Below are positions 63,200 through 64,000 of a stretch of 64,000 nt of DNA, in pieces. The notes below the pieces were generated by a model. It did no database searches and was not told where the DNA came from. It saw only the letters and a program-made list of their open reading frames with translations. The position numbers and the translations under genes were made by a program. The stretch is taken from positions 116,190,001 to 116,254,000 of the forward strand of contig NC_045696.1 of NCBI RefSeq assembly GCF_009834535.1. Direction: 5' to 3'. Each line of letters starts with the position of its first letter. The stretch's first letter is position 1. Source of the DNA: Camelus ferus. Taxonomy: Eukaryota.

Positions 63200-63335
63200 G
63201 GGGGGGGGGTATAGCTCAGTGGTAGAGGTCCTGGGTTCAGTCCTCAGTAACTGCCATTAAAATAAGTGAATAAATAAATAAACCTAATTACCTCCCGCCC
63301 CCCAAAAACAAAACAAAACAAAAGTAACTAAATAA
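63200..63335 (+). mobile_element. Vic-1-like SINE with internal deletion
   Basis: gtatagctcagtggtagag^gtcctgggttc plus aaacctaattacctccc tail. Confidence 0.88.
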
Positions 63336-64000
63336 ATTGAAAACATAGGCTTTTGAATTTCTGTATCACAAAATGCTAAGCCAAGTCTTTAAATTAGAAG
63401 AAAGTGTCTGATCACACAATGATGTGAGGCTTAAATTGTATACTTACCCAGAACCAGGAAAACCCAGCAGCTCAGTGCTCCTGGGCTCCCATAACAATTC
63501 TCCAGCTGAAATGCCTGTTCTCTTCTTTCCAGGCTCCAGCTCCTAGACTGTGGCTGGTTAGCCTCCCTCACCACTTAGTACAGTGGCCTCCAAGTCTTTA
63601 TCTCCGTGTATCACCATCAGTTTAAAAAAAAAAAAAAAAGGGTGTTTAAGCACACAACTCCTTTTATTTGATTATAACTTATACATAGGTGCTACACTTC
63701 TGACAAATCATCTATCTTATGTAACATACACAAAAGTGGATTTAAAAGATGGGACAGTTCTTGCCCAAAATGTGTAAATCATGAGGAAGCATCAGGCAAC
63801 TCCAAATGAAAAGAGATTCTACAACATAGGTGGCATTTATTCTTCAAAAATGTCCAGGTCAAGAAAGATAGAGATTTAGGAACTGTTCCACATTGCAGTG
63901 ACCACTGAATGGCAACACACCATCCTGGGTAGCATCTTGAACTCATACAGGAAATTTTGGAGAAAAAAGGTAAACTTGGAGTGGAAATGGTGGATTCAAT

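Noticed and set aside
1..64000. CRISPR arrays, operons, defence systems or rRNA
   Set aside because: The sequence is mammalian; I saw no regularly spaced repeat-spacer array, gene-dense region or rRNA-like sequence.

Overview
AT-rich, repeat-dense mammalian genomic DNA, most likely from a camelid (alpaca, llama or camel). That assignment is inferred from nine copies of a tRNA-Ala-derived SINE resembling the camelid Vic-1 family. I recognise no protein-coding gene: the longer ORFs come from L1 ORF2, LTRs or a dead hAT transposase. The window reads as intronic or intergenic, with weak hints of a minus-strand spliced transcript. I found no convincing new biological system. The strongest observations are structural. 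(1) About 1.4 kb of GC-rich unique DNA with an exon-like segment sits inside an L1. (2) A ~450 bp segment is duplicated 15 kb away; one copy has a poly(A)-like tail and the other was later hit by an LTR. (3) An L1 fragment is flanked by a 47 bp duplication plus a templated insert. (4) A 35 bp inverted repeat has mismatches that become G-U pairs in minus-strand RNA. (5) One L1 has a twin-priming inversion. (6) One target site was hit twice by L1. (7) A dense set of nested LTRs, a SINE and a Tigger lies at 51-57 kb. Repeat family names come from recalled consensus sequences, not a database search, and many boundaries are approximate.
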